Origin: Reyranella sp.
GTDB taxonomy: Bacteria > Pseudomonadota > Alphaproteobacteria > Reyranellales > Reyranellaceae
Assembly: GCA_044225265.1 (NCBI GenBank)
Contig: JBGAIW010000001.1
Coordinates: 47,872 to 111,871, forward strand
DNA length: 64,000 nucleotides
Direction: 5' to 3'
Shown here piece after piece: positions 8,735 through 19,093 of this stretch. The notes below the pieces were generated by a model. The model saw nothing but the letters and a program-made list of their open reading frames with translations, was not told the origin of the DNA and searched no databases. How positions within the stretch are numbered: position 1 is the first letter of the stretch; every line of letters starts with the position of its first letter. The position numbers and the translations under genes were made by a program.

Positions 8735-9124
8735 CTACTTTCGCTGTGCGTCCACGCTCCACGGTCCGGCGCCGGCCGCGGCGATATAGAGAAAGACGAA
8801 GCTGTAGAGGGCGGCGAGTTCGCCCTTGTTCAGGATCGGGAAGAAGCCTTGCGGCGCGTGCACCATGAAGTAGGCGACGGCCGTCATGCCCGAGGCAAGG
8901 AAGGCCGCCGGCCGCGTGAAAAGGCCGAGCACCAGCAGCACGCCGCAAACCAGCTCGATGATGCCTGCGTAACCCGGCATCGAGTTGAGGCTGAAGGTTG
9001 CCGGCACCACCGCGGCCGGGAAGTGCAGCACCTTGCCGGTGCCGTGCTGCAGCAGGAGCAGGCCCGACATGATGCGCAGCACGCTCAACAGGCGGGGTGA
9101 CCAGGCCAGACCGATCGCTTCCAT
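8735..9124 (-). CDS. DoxX family membrane protein
   Basis: LRIMSGLLLLQHG, GLFTRPAAF, GAGPWSVD. Confidence 0.85.
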   Translation of the reverse strand: MEAIGLAWSPRLLSVLRIMSGLLLLQHGTGKVLHFPAAVVPATFSLNSMPGYAGIIELVCGVLLVLGLFTRPAAFLASGMTAVAYFMVHAPQGFFPILNKGELAALYSFVFLYIAAAGAGPWSVDAQRK

Positions 9125-9230
9125 GAAATCTCTCTCGAACTGAAGTGGGGCTCTAGCTTGGCCGGTGCCGCGCCATGCTCTCAAGCGACGCGAAGGAAAG
9201 CCAATCACCGATTTGTGCTAGAGTTTCTCC

Positions 9231-9686
9231 ATGGAAATCGACCTTGAGGCGATCGTGCGCATGGTCGCCGCCGTCTTGGCGGGCGCGGCCATCGGCTTCA
9301 ACCGAGACATCCACGGCAAGCCGACCGGCATTCGCGCCCATGCGCTGGTCTCGCTGGGGGCGGCGATCCTGGTGATCGCCGGCAGCGCGCCGCACATCGG
9401 CAGCGACGATCCTGCCGCGACCAGCCGCGTCATCCAGGGTGTCATCGCCGGCGTCGGCTTTCTCGGTGCCGGCGTCATCCTGCGTGGCCAGGGCGCACGG
9501 GTCTATCACCTCACCACCGCGGCCTCGCTCTGGGTCACGACAGGCGTCGGCGTGCTGTGCGGTCTCGGCGAATGGAAGCTCGCCGTCGTCGCCACGGCGC
9601 TGGTCCTCCTGGTGCTGGTTGTCGGCCTGCGGCTCGACCGCTGGCTCTACGGCATCTCCGGAGTCCGGGACGACGACCGCGAATAG
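9231..9686 (+). CDS. MgtC/SapB family protein
   Basis: GIRAHALV, SRVIQGVIAGVGFLGAGVI, LTTAASLW. Confidence 0.9.
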   Translation: MEIDLEAIVRMVAAVLAGAAIGFNRDIHGKPTGIRAHALVSLGAAILVIAGSAPHIGSDDPAATSRVIQGVIAGVGFLGAGVILRGQGARVYHLTTAASLWVTTGVGVLCGLGEWKLAVVATALVLLVLVVGLRLDRWLYGISGVRDDDRE

Positions 9687-9710
9687 TCGCGACCGTCGTG
9701 GCGGACGCGC

Positions 9711-10643
9711 CTACTTGCCGCCCATCGCCGCCTTTGCCGCGCCGTCGCGCGTGCCTGAATAGGCGGCGTTGAGGCCGAACACTTCGACCAGCGCATTGGG
9801 CTGCATCACCTTGTCGAGGTCCGACAGGCTTGCCGACTTGGCGGGCTTGACGCCGAGCGTCAGCGGTCCCTTGGGCGCCTTCCAGTCGCTCACGAACGAC
9901 GCGACGGTGTCGAGCACCTTCATGGTCGCCGGGCCCTGGCCTTCGCTGAAGCCCGCAATTCCCATCAGCGCGATCGCGACCAGATTCTCGGGCTTGTCGC
10001 CGTTTTCCTTGGCGAGCGCGGGCAGGAGCTTTGCAAGCAGGCCCTGGTCGTCGAGCGTGACCGAGGCCGTGCGCAGCCGCCCGTCGTCCTTGGCCTTCTC
10101 CATCTGGCTCGCCTTGTCGGCGATGCCGTCCATCACCAGTTCGACGGCGATCCTGGCCTGGCCGCGCAGGCCGATTTCCAGCTTGTTCAGGGTCAGCACC
10201 TTGCTGGCCGCGTCGAGGCGATAGTCGAACACGATGTCGACCGGCACGTTGGGAATGCCGTACGGCGTCAGCGACGTGAACAATTCGTCGTCGCCGGTCA
10301 TGCCCTCCAGCTTGAGCTTGGCGAAGCGCGGCATGTCGTCATCGGTCTTCTTCAGGCGGTCGAAGTCGAGTTCCTCGACGGTCACCTTGTCGATCTTGAC
10401 CGTGCTGGCTTTGTCGCCGGTCGCGGCGTTGGCCGGCACCACCGCGACCACCTTGTTGAGGACGAAGCCCGAACTGCCGACCGCCTGGCCGCTTTCGTAG
10501 GTGAACTTCTCGAACTCGAACTGGGGCTTTACGTCCTTCTCGAAGCGCTCGAGCCCGCTCTGGGCGAACGCCGCTGTCGTCGGGCCGGCCGCGAGGTCGA
10601 ACCACGCCACCAAGGCCAGAGCCAGAAGCCGGAATACCTGCAT
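9711..10643 (-). CDS. Exported hypothetical protein
   Basis: Signal peptide ending AFA-Q; Lys/Asp-rich protein-like composition. Confidence 0.7.
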   Translation of the reverse strand: MQVFRLLALALVAWFDLAAGPTTAAFAQSGLERFEKDVKPQFEFEKFTYESGQAVGSSGFVLNKVVAVVPANAATGDKASTVKIDKVTVEELDFDRLKKTDDDMPRFAKLKLEGMTGDDELFTSLTPYGIPNVPVDIVFDYRLDAASKVLTLNKLEIGLRGQARIAVELVMDGIADKASQMEKAKDDGRLRTASVTLDDQGLLAKLLPALAKENGDKPENLVAIALMGIAGFSEGQGPATMKVLDTVASFVSDWKAPKGPLTLGVKPAKSASLSDLDKVMQPNALVEVFGLNAAYSGTRDGAAKAAMGGK

Positions 10644-10844
10644 GCAAACCCCCGATCAGCCGTCGACCCTAGCACGTGCCGTCGCATTTGCCTGCAGCGG
10701 CAAAGGACGCAGCCACCGGACGCGGCGGGGCTCGGGCGGCGGCATTCGTCGCTGACGCTCGAATGGGCTCTGGATGACACGGCCGCGAACGTTTCCTAAA
10801 GTCGCGGCCGGGGAATCAGCAGAAATAGCAGCAGGGGGACTTCG

Positions 10845-11906
10845 ATGAAGCGCAACACCTTCGGCCGTCGCCAGACGATGGCCATGCTCGGCGGCGCCGC
10901 CGCCGTGACCGCCGCCGGCCCGGCCTTCGGCCAGGAGCCGCCCAAGCCCGCCTCGATCGTGGTCAACCATTCCGGCGGCTCGATGGGCACGGCGATGCGC
11001 AAGGCCTTCTTCAACGGCTTCGAGAAGAAGTACGGCATCAAGGTCGTCGAGACTTCGCCTGCCGACTTCGGCAAGCTGCGCGCCATGGTCGAGTCCGGCA
11101 ACGTCGAATGGGACGTTACCGAGATCGGCGGCCAGGACGCGATTCGCGCGACCAAGATGAACCTCGTCGAGAAGATCGACGACAAGATCGTCGACCGCTC
11201 GAAGTATCCCGAAAAGGTGCGCACGCCCTACGTCTTCGCCTCGTCGGTCTACACCACGATCATCGGCTACCGCACCGACGTCTTCAAAGGCGGCACCCAG
11301 CCCAAGAGCTGGGCCGACTGGTGGGACGTCAAGAAGTTCCCCGGCGCGCGCTCGATGCGTGACCATCCGGTCGACAACCTCGAATTCGCGCTGATCGCCG
11401 ACGGCGTGCCAATGGATAAGCTCTATCCGCTCGACATGGATCGTGCCTTCAAGAAACTCGACCAGATCAAGCCCCACATCGCCGTGTGGTGGAGCACCGG
11501 CCAGCAGCCGGCGCAGTTGCTGCTCGACAAGGAGGTCGTGCTGGCGACCGGCTGGAACGGCCGCTTTTACGACCTGATCAAGAAGGGCGGCCCGGTCGAG
11601 ATCGAATGGAACCAGGGCGCGCTGAAGCAGGGCAGCTTCGTCATCCCGCGCGGCGCCAAGAATCCCTACTGGGCCCAAAAGATGCTGGCCGAGATGTCGA
11701 TCCCGCAGCAGCAGGCGATCTATGCCAGCGAACTCGGCTACCCGGGTCTCAACCTCGAGGCGCTGAACTATGTCGACGCCAAGGTGAAGCCCTACCTGCC
11801 GACGCAGTACATCGACAAGCAGTTCTGGATCGACGACGCCTGGTGGGCTGAAAACGGCAACAAGGCGATCGAGCTCTGGAATGCCTGGAAGCTGAAGAAG
11901 GGCTGA
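10845..11906 (+). CDS. ABC transporter substrate-binding protein, polyamine/PotD-like
   Basis: Tat-like leader, SGNVEWDV, WDVKKFPG, WNGR. Confidence 0.88.
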   Translation: MKRNTFGRRQTMAMLGGAAAVTAAGPAFGQEPPKPASIVVNHSGGSMGTAMRKAFFNGFEKKYGIKVVETSPADFGKLRAMVESGNVEWDVTEIGGQDAIRATKMNLVEKIDDKIVDRSKYPEKVRTPYVFASSVYTTIIGYRTDVFKGGTQPKSWADWWDVKKFPGARSMRDHPVDNLEFALIADGVPMDKLYPLDMDRAFKKLDQIKPHIAVWWSTGQQPAQLLLDKEVVLATGWNGRFYDLIKKGGPVEIEWNQGALKQGSFVIPRGAKNPYWAQKMLAEMSIPQQQAIYASELGYPGLNLEALNYVDAKVKPYLPTQYIDKQFWIDDAWWAENGNKAIELWNAWKLKKG

Positions 11907-11909
11907 GGA

Positions 11910-12971
11910 GTGGCGGTCGATCCAGCCGGCCGCTCCGCCGAGCTGAGCGTAGAGGGTCTGGTCAAGCGCTTCGGAGACGTCGCCGCACTCGATGGCGTCT
12001 CCCTGCGCATCGCCTCGGGCGAGTTGCTCACCATTCTGGGGCCGAGCGGCTCGGGCAAGACCACGCTGCTCAAGGTCGTGGCGGGTTTCGAGACTCCGAA
12101 CGAGGGTCGCGTGCTGGTCGACGGAAAGGACATCACGTCCCTGACGCCGGCCCGGCGCGACATCGGCATGGTGTTCCAGAACTACGCACTTTTCCCGCAC
12201 CTGACGGTGGCGGCCAACGTCTCCTTCCCGCTCGAGATGCGCAACGTCGCGCGGCCGGAGGTCGAGCGGCGCGTGCGCGAGGCATTGGCTCTGGTCGAAC
12301 TCGCCGGCTACGACCAGCGTCTGCCCAAACAGCTCTCGGGCGGCCAGCAGCAACGCGTCGCGCTGGCCCGCGCCATCGTCTTCAACCCGCGCCTGCTGCT
12401 GCTCGACGAGCCGTTCGGTGCGCTCGACCGCAAGCTGCGCGAAACGATGCAGCTCGAGGTGCGCCGCCTGCAGCGCCGGCTCGGGCTGACCACCATCTTC
12501 ATCACCCATGACCAGGAAGAGGCGCTTGTCCTCTCCGACCGCATCGCGGTGATGAACAAGGGGTCGATCCAGCAGGTCGCGACTACGACCGAGATCTACG
12601 AGCGGCCGGCCAACGCGTTCGTCGCCGACTTCGTGGGCGAGAGCAATATCTTCCACGGCACGGTGAGTGAACCGGGCATGGTGACCCTGGATGGCGGGCG
12701 CCGCCTCGGCGTGGCTCGATCGGGCCGCGGCGGCGAGGCGGCCGGCACCAAAGTCGGCGTGCTGATGCGGCCCGAGCGCTTCGATGCCAGTGCCAACCAG
12801 TTCTCCGGCACGGTCAAGGAAGCGGTCTATCTCGGCGTGTCGTTCAAGCTGCGGCTCGCCTGCGACGACGGCTTCGAACTGATCGTGCGCCAGCCGGCGC
12901 GCGGTGCCTTGCCCGATGTCGGCGCCAAGGTGACGGTCGGCATCGCCCCGGAGGCGATCCATGTCTTCTAG
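11910..12971 (+). CDS. ABC transporter ATPase, PotA-like
   Basis: GPSGSGKTT, LSGGQQQRVALARA, LLLDEP. Confidence 0.92.
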   Translation: MAVDPAGRSAELSVEGLVKRFGDVAALDGVSLRIASGELLTILGPSGSGKTTLLKVVAGFETPNEGRVLVDGKDITSLTPARRDIGMVFQNYALFPHLTVAANVSFPLEMRNVARPEVERRVREALALVELAGYDQRLPKQLSGGQQQRVALARAIVFNPRLLLLDEPFGALDRKLRETMQLEVRRLQRRLGLTTIFITHDQEEALVLSDRIAVMNKGSIQQVATTTEIYERPANAFVADFVGESNIFHGTVSEPGMVTLDGGRRLGVARSGRGGEAAGTKVGVLMRPERFDASANQFSGTVKEAVYLGVSFKLRLACDDGFELIVRQPARGALPDVGAKVTVGIAPEAIHVF

Positions 12972-13782
12972 GACCTGGGCGGGCGCGCTTCCGGCCATTC
13001 CCGCACTCGTCCTGCTGTTCTGCTTCTTCCTGTTTCCGGTCGTTCGCATGCTGGGCTTCAGCATCGAGGCCGGCTCGTTCGAATGGTTTGCCAAGGCGTT
13101 GGGCGAGGGGCTCTATCTCCGCGTCTTCTGGAGCACCTTCGAGATCGCGCTCCTGGTGACCCTGTTCTGCCTGCTGCTCGGCTATCCCCTCGGCTTCCTG
13201 ATGGCCACCACCACGCCGGGCTGGGCGACGGTCGGCTTCATCTTCGTGCTGCTGCCGCTCTGGACGTCCGTGCTGGTGCGCACCTACGCCTGGATGGTGC
13301 TGCTCGGCCGCTCGGGCGTGCTCAACAGTACGCTGATCAAGACCGGCCTCATCTCCGAGCCGCTGCCGCTGCTCTACAATCTTTCCGGCGTGCTGATCGG
13401 CATGGTGCACGTGCTGCTGCCCTTCATGGTGCTGCCGATCTACGGCGCGGTGCGTCGCGTCGACCCGGCGATCGTCGCTGCCGCCGAGGGGCTGGGCGCC
13501 TCCAACGCCCGCATCTTCCGGCGCGTCTACCTGCCGCTCACCCTCAACGGCGTGTTCGCCGGCGCCGTCATCGTCTTCGTGCTGTCGCTCGGCTTCTTCA
13601 TCACGCCGGCGCTGCTGGGCGGCGGCAAGGTGATGATGATCGCCGTCCTGATCGAGCAGGAGGTGCGGCAAACCCTGAACTGGCCGTTTGCCGCGGCGCT
13701 TGCCACCGTGCTGCTGGCGGCGACGCTGCTCGTCTATGCGCTGGCCCAGCGCTACACCCAGCCCGATGAGGCGCGCTCATGA
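12961..13782 (+). CDS. ABC transporter permease, PotB-like
   Basis: PLWTSVLVRTYAW, AAEGLGAS (EAA loop). Confidence 0.9.
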   Translation: MSSRTWAGALPAIPALVLLFCFFLFPVVRMLGFSIEAGSFEWFAKALGEGLYLRVFWSTFEIALLVTLFCLLLGYPLGFLMATTTPGWATVGFIFVLLPLWTSVLVRTYAWMVLLGRSGVLNSTLIKTGLISEPLPLLYNLSGVLIGMVHVLLPFMVLPIYGAVRRVDPAIVAAAEGLGASNARIFRRVYLPLTLNGVFAGAVIVFVLSLGFFITPALLGGGKVMMIAVLIEQEVRQTLNWPFAAALATVLLAATLLVYALAQRYTQPDEARS

Positions 13783-13792
13783 GAACCGGCCC

Positions 13793-14587
13793 ATGAGACC
13801 GGTCGCGGCCAGCCGCCGCGCGCTGATCGCGTTCTGTGCGGTGGTCTACTTCTTCCTGATGCTGCCGCTGATCGTTGTGTTCCCGATCTCGCTGAGTTCG
13901 GCCGCCTACATGCAGTTCCCGCCGCCGGGATTCTCCTGGCAATGGTACGAGCGCTATCTCGACGATCCGCAATGGATCGATGCCACGATCCGCTCGCTCT
14001 ATGTCGGCGCCGCGACCGCGGCCCTCGCCCTGGCGCTCGGCGTGCCGCTCGCCTTCAGCCTGGTGCGCGGCCGCTTCGCCGGGCGTGCCGTCCTCGACCG
14101 CCTGGCGCTGGCGCCGTTGATCGTGCCGACCATCATCGTCTCGGTCGCGGTTTATGGCCTGTTCGCCAAGCTGAAACTGATCGGCGAATGGTACGGCCTG
14201 GTCGTGGCGCACACCGTGCTCGCGCTGCCGTATGTGGTGCTGGTGATGGGGGCCGGCCTGCGCGACTTCGATCGCTCGCTGGAACAGGCGGCGGAGGGGC
14301 TGGGGGCCGGCCGCTGGAGCATCCTGCTGCGTGTCACCCTGCCGCTGCTGCGGCCCAGCCTGATCTCGGCCGGTCTGCTCGCCTTCATCTCCTCGTTCGA
14401 CGAGCTGGTGGTGGCGCTGTTCCTCGCCGGTCCGAACATGACCCTGCCCAAGAAGATGTTCGACAACATCCTGATGGAGATCGACCCCACCATTGCCGCA
14501 GTATCTGTCATGCAGATCCTGCTGGTATCGGTCGTGCTAGTGCTGATCGGGAGATTCGGGCGCGGGCTGCGCAACAGCGCCCGCTGA
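13793..14587 (+). CDS. ABC transporter permease, PotC-like
   Basis: FPPPGFSWQWY, LEQAAEGLGA, SFDELVV. Confidence 0.9.
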   Translation: MRPVAASRRALIAFCAVVYFFLMLPLIVVFPISLSSAAYMQFPPPGFSWQWYERYLDDPQWIDATIRSLYVGAATAALALALGVPLAFSLVRGRFAGRAVLDRLALAPLIVPTIIVSVAVYGLFAKLKLIGEWYGLVVAHTVLALPYVVLVMGAGLRDFDRSLEQAAEGLGAGRWSILLRVTLPLLRPSLISAGLLAFISSFDELVVALFLAGPNMTLPKKMFDNILMEIDPTIAAVSVMQILLVSVVLVLIGRFGRGLRNSAR

Positions 14588-14598
14588 GAGGCAGAGCG

Positions 14599-15942
14599 AT
14601 GGCGGATAGCATCTTCCACAAGGACTTCAAGACCATGCCCTGGTGGTGGGAGTGGTGGCATCCGTCCAACGAACTCTCCCAGGACCCGCCGCTCAAGACC
14701 GACGTGCTGGTGGTCGGCGCGGGCTATGGCGGCCTGTCGACGGCGCTGGAACTGGCGCGCTCGGGTGTCGACGTCACGGTGCTGGAGCGTGGCGATTTCG
14801 GCGTCGGCGCCTCGACGCGCAACGGCGGCGGCGTCAGCGGCGGCACGACCATGGGCAAGGGATTTTCCGGCAAGGGCGTCGGCGGCGACCCCGAGGCCTG
14901 GAAGAAGATCATGCAGCGCATGCTGGCCGATGCCGCGGATTCCCTGGCCCAGGTGGAAACGGTCATCAGGCGCGAAGGCATCGAGTGCCATTGGCGCATG
15001 AGCGGCCGCTTCTCCGGCGCCTACACGCCGCGCCACTACCGCGAGCAGGAATCCAAGGTCGGGACCTACAATGCCAGCGCCAGCCTCGGCACCTACATGC
15101 TGCCACGCGAGCGCCAGCGCGAGGAGATCGCGTCCGACTATTATCACGGCGGCATGGTGGTCGAGCGCACGGGGCAGCTTCATCCCGCGCTGTACTACGG
15201 CGGGCTGCTCAAGGCGGCGCACCGGGCCGGCGCCAAGCTTTGCGCGCAATGCGACGCCGAGAGGATCGAGCGCAAGGGTTCGAGCGGCGGCGGCGGCTTC
15301 CGCGTGCTGACCAGCAAGAGTCCGATCGAGGCGCGCGAGGTCGTGATCGCGACCAACGGCTACACCACCGACCTGACGCCGACGCTCAAGCGCCGGCTGA
15401 TCCCGGTCGCCAGTCACATCATCGCCACCGAGGAGCTGCCCGAGGACCTGGTCAGGAGCCTGATCCCCAAGGGCCGCGTGGTCAGCGATACCAAGCGGGT
15501 GCTCTGCTACTACCGCCAGTCGCCGGACAACAAGCGCGTGATCTTCGGCGGGCGCGCCCGCTTCACCCAGGTTCCGCCCGAGGTCAGCGCGCCGGTGCTG
15601 CACGGCTACATGCTGGACCGCTGGCCGCAGCTCAAGGGCGTGAAGGTGACCCATGCCTGGACCGGCAACGTCGCCTTCGCCTTCGATTTCCTGCCGCACA
15701 TGGGCACCGAGCTCGGCATGCACTATCTCATGGCATGCAACGGCTCGGGCGTGGCGATGATGAGCTATCTTGGCTACCAGACGGCGCGAAAGATCGCCGG
15801 CGGTTCCAACGCGCCGGTCAACGCCTTCGACGGCCAGCCCTTCCCATCCGTTCCTTTTTACAACGGCAACCCCGAATGGGTGCTACCCTTCGTCGGCGCG
15901 TGGTATCGCACGCGCGACTGGATCGACCGTACCTTCGCGTGA
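14599..15942 (+). CDS. FAD-dependent oxidoreductase (DAO/PuuB-like)
   Basis: VVGAGYGGLS, GASTRNGG, IATNGY, CNGSGV. Confidence 0.85.
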   Translation: MADSIFHKDFKTMPWWWEWWHPSNELSQDPPLKTDVLVVGAGYGGLSTALELARSGVDVTVLERGDFGVGASTRNGGGVSGGTTMGKGFSGKGVGGDPEAWKKIMQRMLADAADSLAQVETVIRREGIECHWRMSGRFSGAYTPRHYREQESKVGTYNASASLGTYMLPRERQREEIASDYYHGGMVVERTGQLHPALYYGGLLKAAHRAGAKLCAQCDAERIERKGSSGGGGFRVLTSKSPIEAREVVIATNGYTTDLTPTLKRRLIPVASHIIATEELPEDLVRSLIPKGRVVSDTKRVLCYYRQSPDNKRVIFGGRARFTQVPPEVSAPVLHGYMLDRWPQLKGVKVTHAWTGNVAFAFDFLPHMGTELGMHYLMACNGSGVAMMSYLGYQTARKIAGGSNAPVNAFDGQPFPSVPFYNGNPEWVLPFVGAWYRTRDWIDRTFA

Positions 15943-15947
15943 CCGCC

Positions 15948-17195
15948 ATGCTTCGCCTGCTCGCCGTTGCCGGCGTTCTTCTCACCCTGTTCGTGCCGCC
16001 GGTGGCGGCTCAGAACCTCCAGCTCGAGCGGGCGGTACTGCTCAGCCGCCACGGCGTTCGCTCTCCGACGCAGAGCAATGCCGAACTCGACCGGCAGGTC
16101 ACCACGCCGTTTCCGGTCTGGAAGGTGGCGCCCGGCGATCTGACGCCTCGCGGCTACGAACTCATGAAATACATGGGCTCGTTCTATCGCGTGGTCTATT
16201 CGGGACTCGGCTTGATCTCGCCCGAGCGCTGCCCGCCGTCCGGCATGGTCGCCGCCTGGGCCGACGTCGACCAGCGCACCCGCGAAACCGCCCAGGCGCT
16301 TCTCGAAGGCCTCTACCCGCAATGCAAGATCATCGCGCAGTATCAGAGCGACCTGTCGCGGCCCGATCCGCTGTTCAGTCCGGTGAAGGCCGGAATCTGC
16401 TCGATCGACGAGGCGCAGGCGCGCAATGCGATCCTCAAACGGGTCGGCGGCAGCATCCAGACCCAGCTCGACATGTACGCGCCGCAGTATTCGCGCGTGC
16501 AGGAAGTGCTTTGCCCCGGAGCGGCGGCCGATACCCGATGTGGCCTGCGGGAGCACCAGACCCGCATCGTGGTGAAGGACGGCCGGGTCGGCATCGACGG
16601 TCCGGTACGCACGGCGTCGACGATGACGGAAATCTTCCTGCTCGAGGCGGCGCAGGGCCTGCCAGCCAGCCAGGTCGCATGGGGCCGCCTGCACGACTTC
16701 GCCGAGCTGCGCGACCTGATGTTCCTGCACAAGGTCGAGTTCGACCTGACGCAGCGCACGCACTACATCGCACAGCGCAGCGGCTCGGCGATGATGGCGG
16801 ACATCCTCGACGGGCTGCAGCGCACCGACGACCGCCGGCTCACCATGCTGGTCGGTCACGACACCAACATCGCCAACATCGCCGGGCTGCTCGACATCCA
16901 TTGGGTGATTCCGGGCTTCACGCCCGACGACCCCAGCCCCGGCGGTGCGCTCGCCTTCGAACTGCTGCGCAACACGGCCGACGGCGCGCGTTACGTGCGG
17001 CTCGTCTATTACGCGCAGACCCTCGACCAGATGCGCGCCCAGACGCAGTTCAGCTTCGCCGATCTCGCGGCGCGGGCGGAGATCGGCCTGCCGGGCTGCG
17101 AAGGCAGCGGTCCGGCCAATGCCTGTCCGATGTCGCGGTTCCTGCAGATCGCTTCGGCGAGGATCGATCGCGCCTGCGTCCCGCCCGGCAAATAG
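15948..17195 (+). CDS. Exported histidine acid phosphatase/phytase (AppA/Agp family)
   Basis: Signal peptide, RHGVRSP, DVDQRTRET, GHDTN. Confidence 0.88.
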   Translation: MLRLLAVAGVLLTLFVPPVAAQNLQLERAVLLSRHGVRSPTQSNAELDRQVTTPFPVWKVAPGDLTPRGYELMKYMGSFYRVVYSGLGLISPERCPPSGMVAAWADVDQRTRETAQALLEGLYPQCKIIAQYQSDLSRPDPLFSPVKAGICSIDEAQARNAILKRVGGSIQTQLDMYAPQYSRVQEVLCPGAAADTRCGLREHQTRIVVKDGRVGIDGPVRTASTMTEIFLLEAAQGLPASQVAWGRLHDFAELRDLMFLHKVEFDLTQRTHYIAQRSGSAMMADILDGLQRTDDRRLTMLVGHDTNIANIAGLLDIHWVIPGFTPDDPSPGGALAFELLRNTADGARYVRLVYYAQTLDQMRAQTQFSFADLAARAEIGLPGCEGSGPANACPMSRFLQIASARIDRACVPPGK

Positions 17196-17228
17196 GGCGG
17201 CTGACCGGGCGCCGAAGGCTTCGCTCGG

Positions 17229-17954
17229 TTACGCCGGAGGCGCGACCGACAGGCCCTTCACCTTGTGTTTCTCGATGAGGCTGGCCACCAGTCCGGACTT
17301 CTTGGCCTCCTCGACGAACGCCGCCAGCCAGGCCGCTGCTTCCGGATTGCCCTTGGCGACGCCGATCGCCTGCTGCACGGCCGAGAACTTGCCGTCGAGA
17401 ATCCGTGTGCCCGGCATCTTCTCGATGTCCTTCAGCATGCCCGGTCGCAGGCCGGCCAGGACGTCCATCTTTTCATCCTTGAACTTGTTGAACGCGCCGT
17501 CGAGACCCTGCACCTGGATCAGCTCGGCATTCTTGATGTTGTTCTCGAGCCACAGGCCATAGGCCGAGCGGGCCGACGTGACGATCTTCACGCCCTTCCG
17601 GTCGACCTCGGCGATCGACTTGATCGGTGAGCCGGCCGGAACCATGTAGGTCGCCTCGATTTCGCAATAGGCGGCGGTGAAGTCGATGGTTTGCGCGCGC
17701 TGCGGCTCGGCGCCGATGTTCCCGATGTCCCAGACATTCTTGCCGGCCTGGTCGCCGAGTTCGCCCGGCGTCTTGAACGGCACGTAGTTCACGGGCACGC
17801 CGAGCTTGGCGGCGACAGCGGCGGCCATGTCGGGCGAAACGCCTTGCGGCGTGCCGTCGGCGCCGCGGCCGGTGACCAGGAGGAAATTGGAGAGGTTGAT
17901 GCCAGCCCGCAGAACGCCTGTCGGAGCGAGCTGGGCTTTTACTTTGTCGTTCAT
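17229..17954 (-). CDS. Amino-acid SBP-fold (family 3-like) protein without signal peptide
   Basis: LAPTGVLRAGIN, EPQRAQTIDFT, VQQAIG. Confidence 0.75.
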   Translation of the reverse strand: MNDKVKAQLAPTGVLRAGINLSNFLLVTGRGADGTPQGVSPDMAAAVAAKLGVPVNYVPFKTPGELGDQAGKNVWDIGNIGAEPQRAQTIDFTAAYCEIEATYMVPAGSPIKSIAEVDRKGVKIVTSARSAYGLWLENNIKNAELIQVQGLDGAFNKFKDEKMDVLAGLRPGMLKDIEKMPGTRILDGKFSAVQQAIGVAKGNPEAAAWLAAFVEEAKKSGLVASLIEKHKVKGLSVAPPA

Positions 17955-17989
17955 GGGGTCAGTCTATACTCCCCGGCGAGGGGGAGAAA

Positions 17990-19093
17990 ATGAAGATCAC
18001 CGACGTGACCCTCACGCTATTCGCGTGGGACGACATTCCGCCGACCACCTACGGCCAGCACAGCAAATTCGCGGGTTCGAGCGCTCTCGGCCTGCTGCGG
18101 CTGGTCACCGACCAGGGCCTCGAAGGCCATGCGTTTCTCGGGTCGGCTTCGAATTCCGCAACCACGGACGGGCAGGGGCTGATCACGCACCTCAAGCCGG
18201 TGCTGATGGGGCGCGATCCGCTGCATCGCGAGGCGATCGTCGCCGACCTCTGGAAGAAGGTGCGCGCTTCGGGCGTGCGCACGATCGGCGCGGTCGACGT
18301 GGCGCTGTGGGATCTCGCGGGCAAGGCGATGAACCAGCCGATCCACCGGCTGCTCGGCACGTTCCGCGAATCGGTGCCGGCCTATGCCAGTTCCGCGGTA
18401 TTGCCCTCGCCGCAGGCCTATGCCGAGCAGGCGCTCGAGTTCAAGGAGTACGGCTGGGCCGCCTACAAGATCCATCCGCCGACCCGCTGGCAGGAGGACA
18501 TCAAGGTGTGCGAGGCCGTCCGCCGCGCGGTCGGCGATTACACCATCATGCTCGACTCGACCTGGGCCTATGATTTTCCGGCGGCGCTGCGGGTCGGGCG
18601 CGCGGTGCAGGAGATGGACTACTTCTGGTACGAGGACCCGCTGCACGACCAGGACATCTACAACTACGTGAAGCTGAAGCAGCAACTCTCGATCCCGATC
18701 CTGGCCACCGAGTATCCGATCACCGGTCTCGAATCCTACCAACCCTGGATCATGAACCAGGCGACCGACTACCTGCGCGGCGACGTCGCCGTGAAAGGTG
18801 GCATCACGACGCTGGTGAAGACCGCGCATCTCGCCGAGGCCTTCCGGATGACCTACGAGGTCCATCACGGCGGCAACTCGCTGAACAACGTCGCCAACCT
18901 CCACGTCATCGCCTCGATCCGCAACACCACGTTCTTCGAGGTGCTGCTGCCCGACGGCGCGCAGAAGTACGGGCTGGAGCAGGACATCGTGGTCGGCCGC
19001 GACGGGATGGTGCATGTGCCCAACGGCCCGGGCCTCGGCGCCGCGATCGACTTCAAGCTGATCGAGCGCAAGAAGATCGCGGTGTTGAGCTGA
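17990..19093 (+). CDS. Mandelate racemase/muconate lactonizing enzyme family (enolase superfamily)
   Basis: [33 protein letters not shown]. Confidence 0.88.
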   Translation: MKITDVTLTLFAWDDIPPTTYGQHSKFAGSSALGLLRLVTDQGLEGHAFLGSASNSATTDGQGLITHLKPVLMGRDPLHREAIVADLWKKVRASGVRTIGAVDVALWDLAGKAMNQPIHRLLGTFRESVPAYASSAVLPSPQAYAEQALEFKEYGWAAYKIHPPTRWQEDIKVCEAVRRAVGDYTIMLDSTWAYDFPAALRVGRAVQEMDYFWYEDPLHDQDIYNYVKLKQQLSIPILATEYPITGLESYQPWIMNQATDYLRGDVAVKGGITTLVKTAHLAEAFRMTYEVHHGGNSLNNVANLHVIASIRNTTFFEVLLPDGAQKYGLEQDIVVGRDGMVHVPNGPGLGAAIDFKLIERKKIAVLS

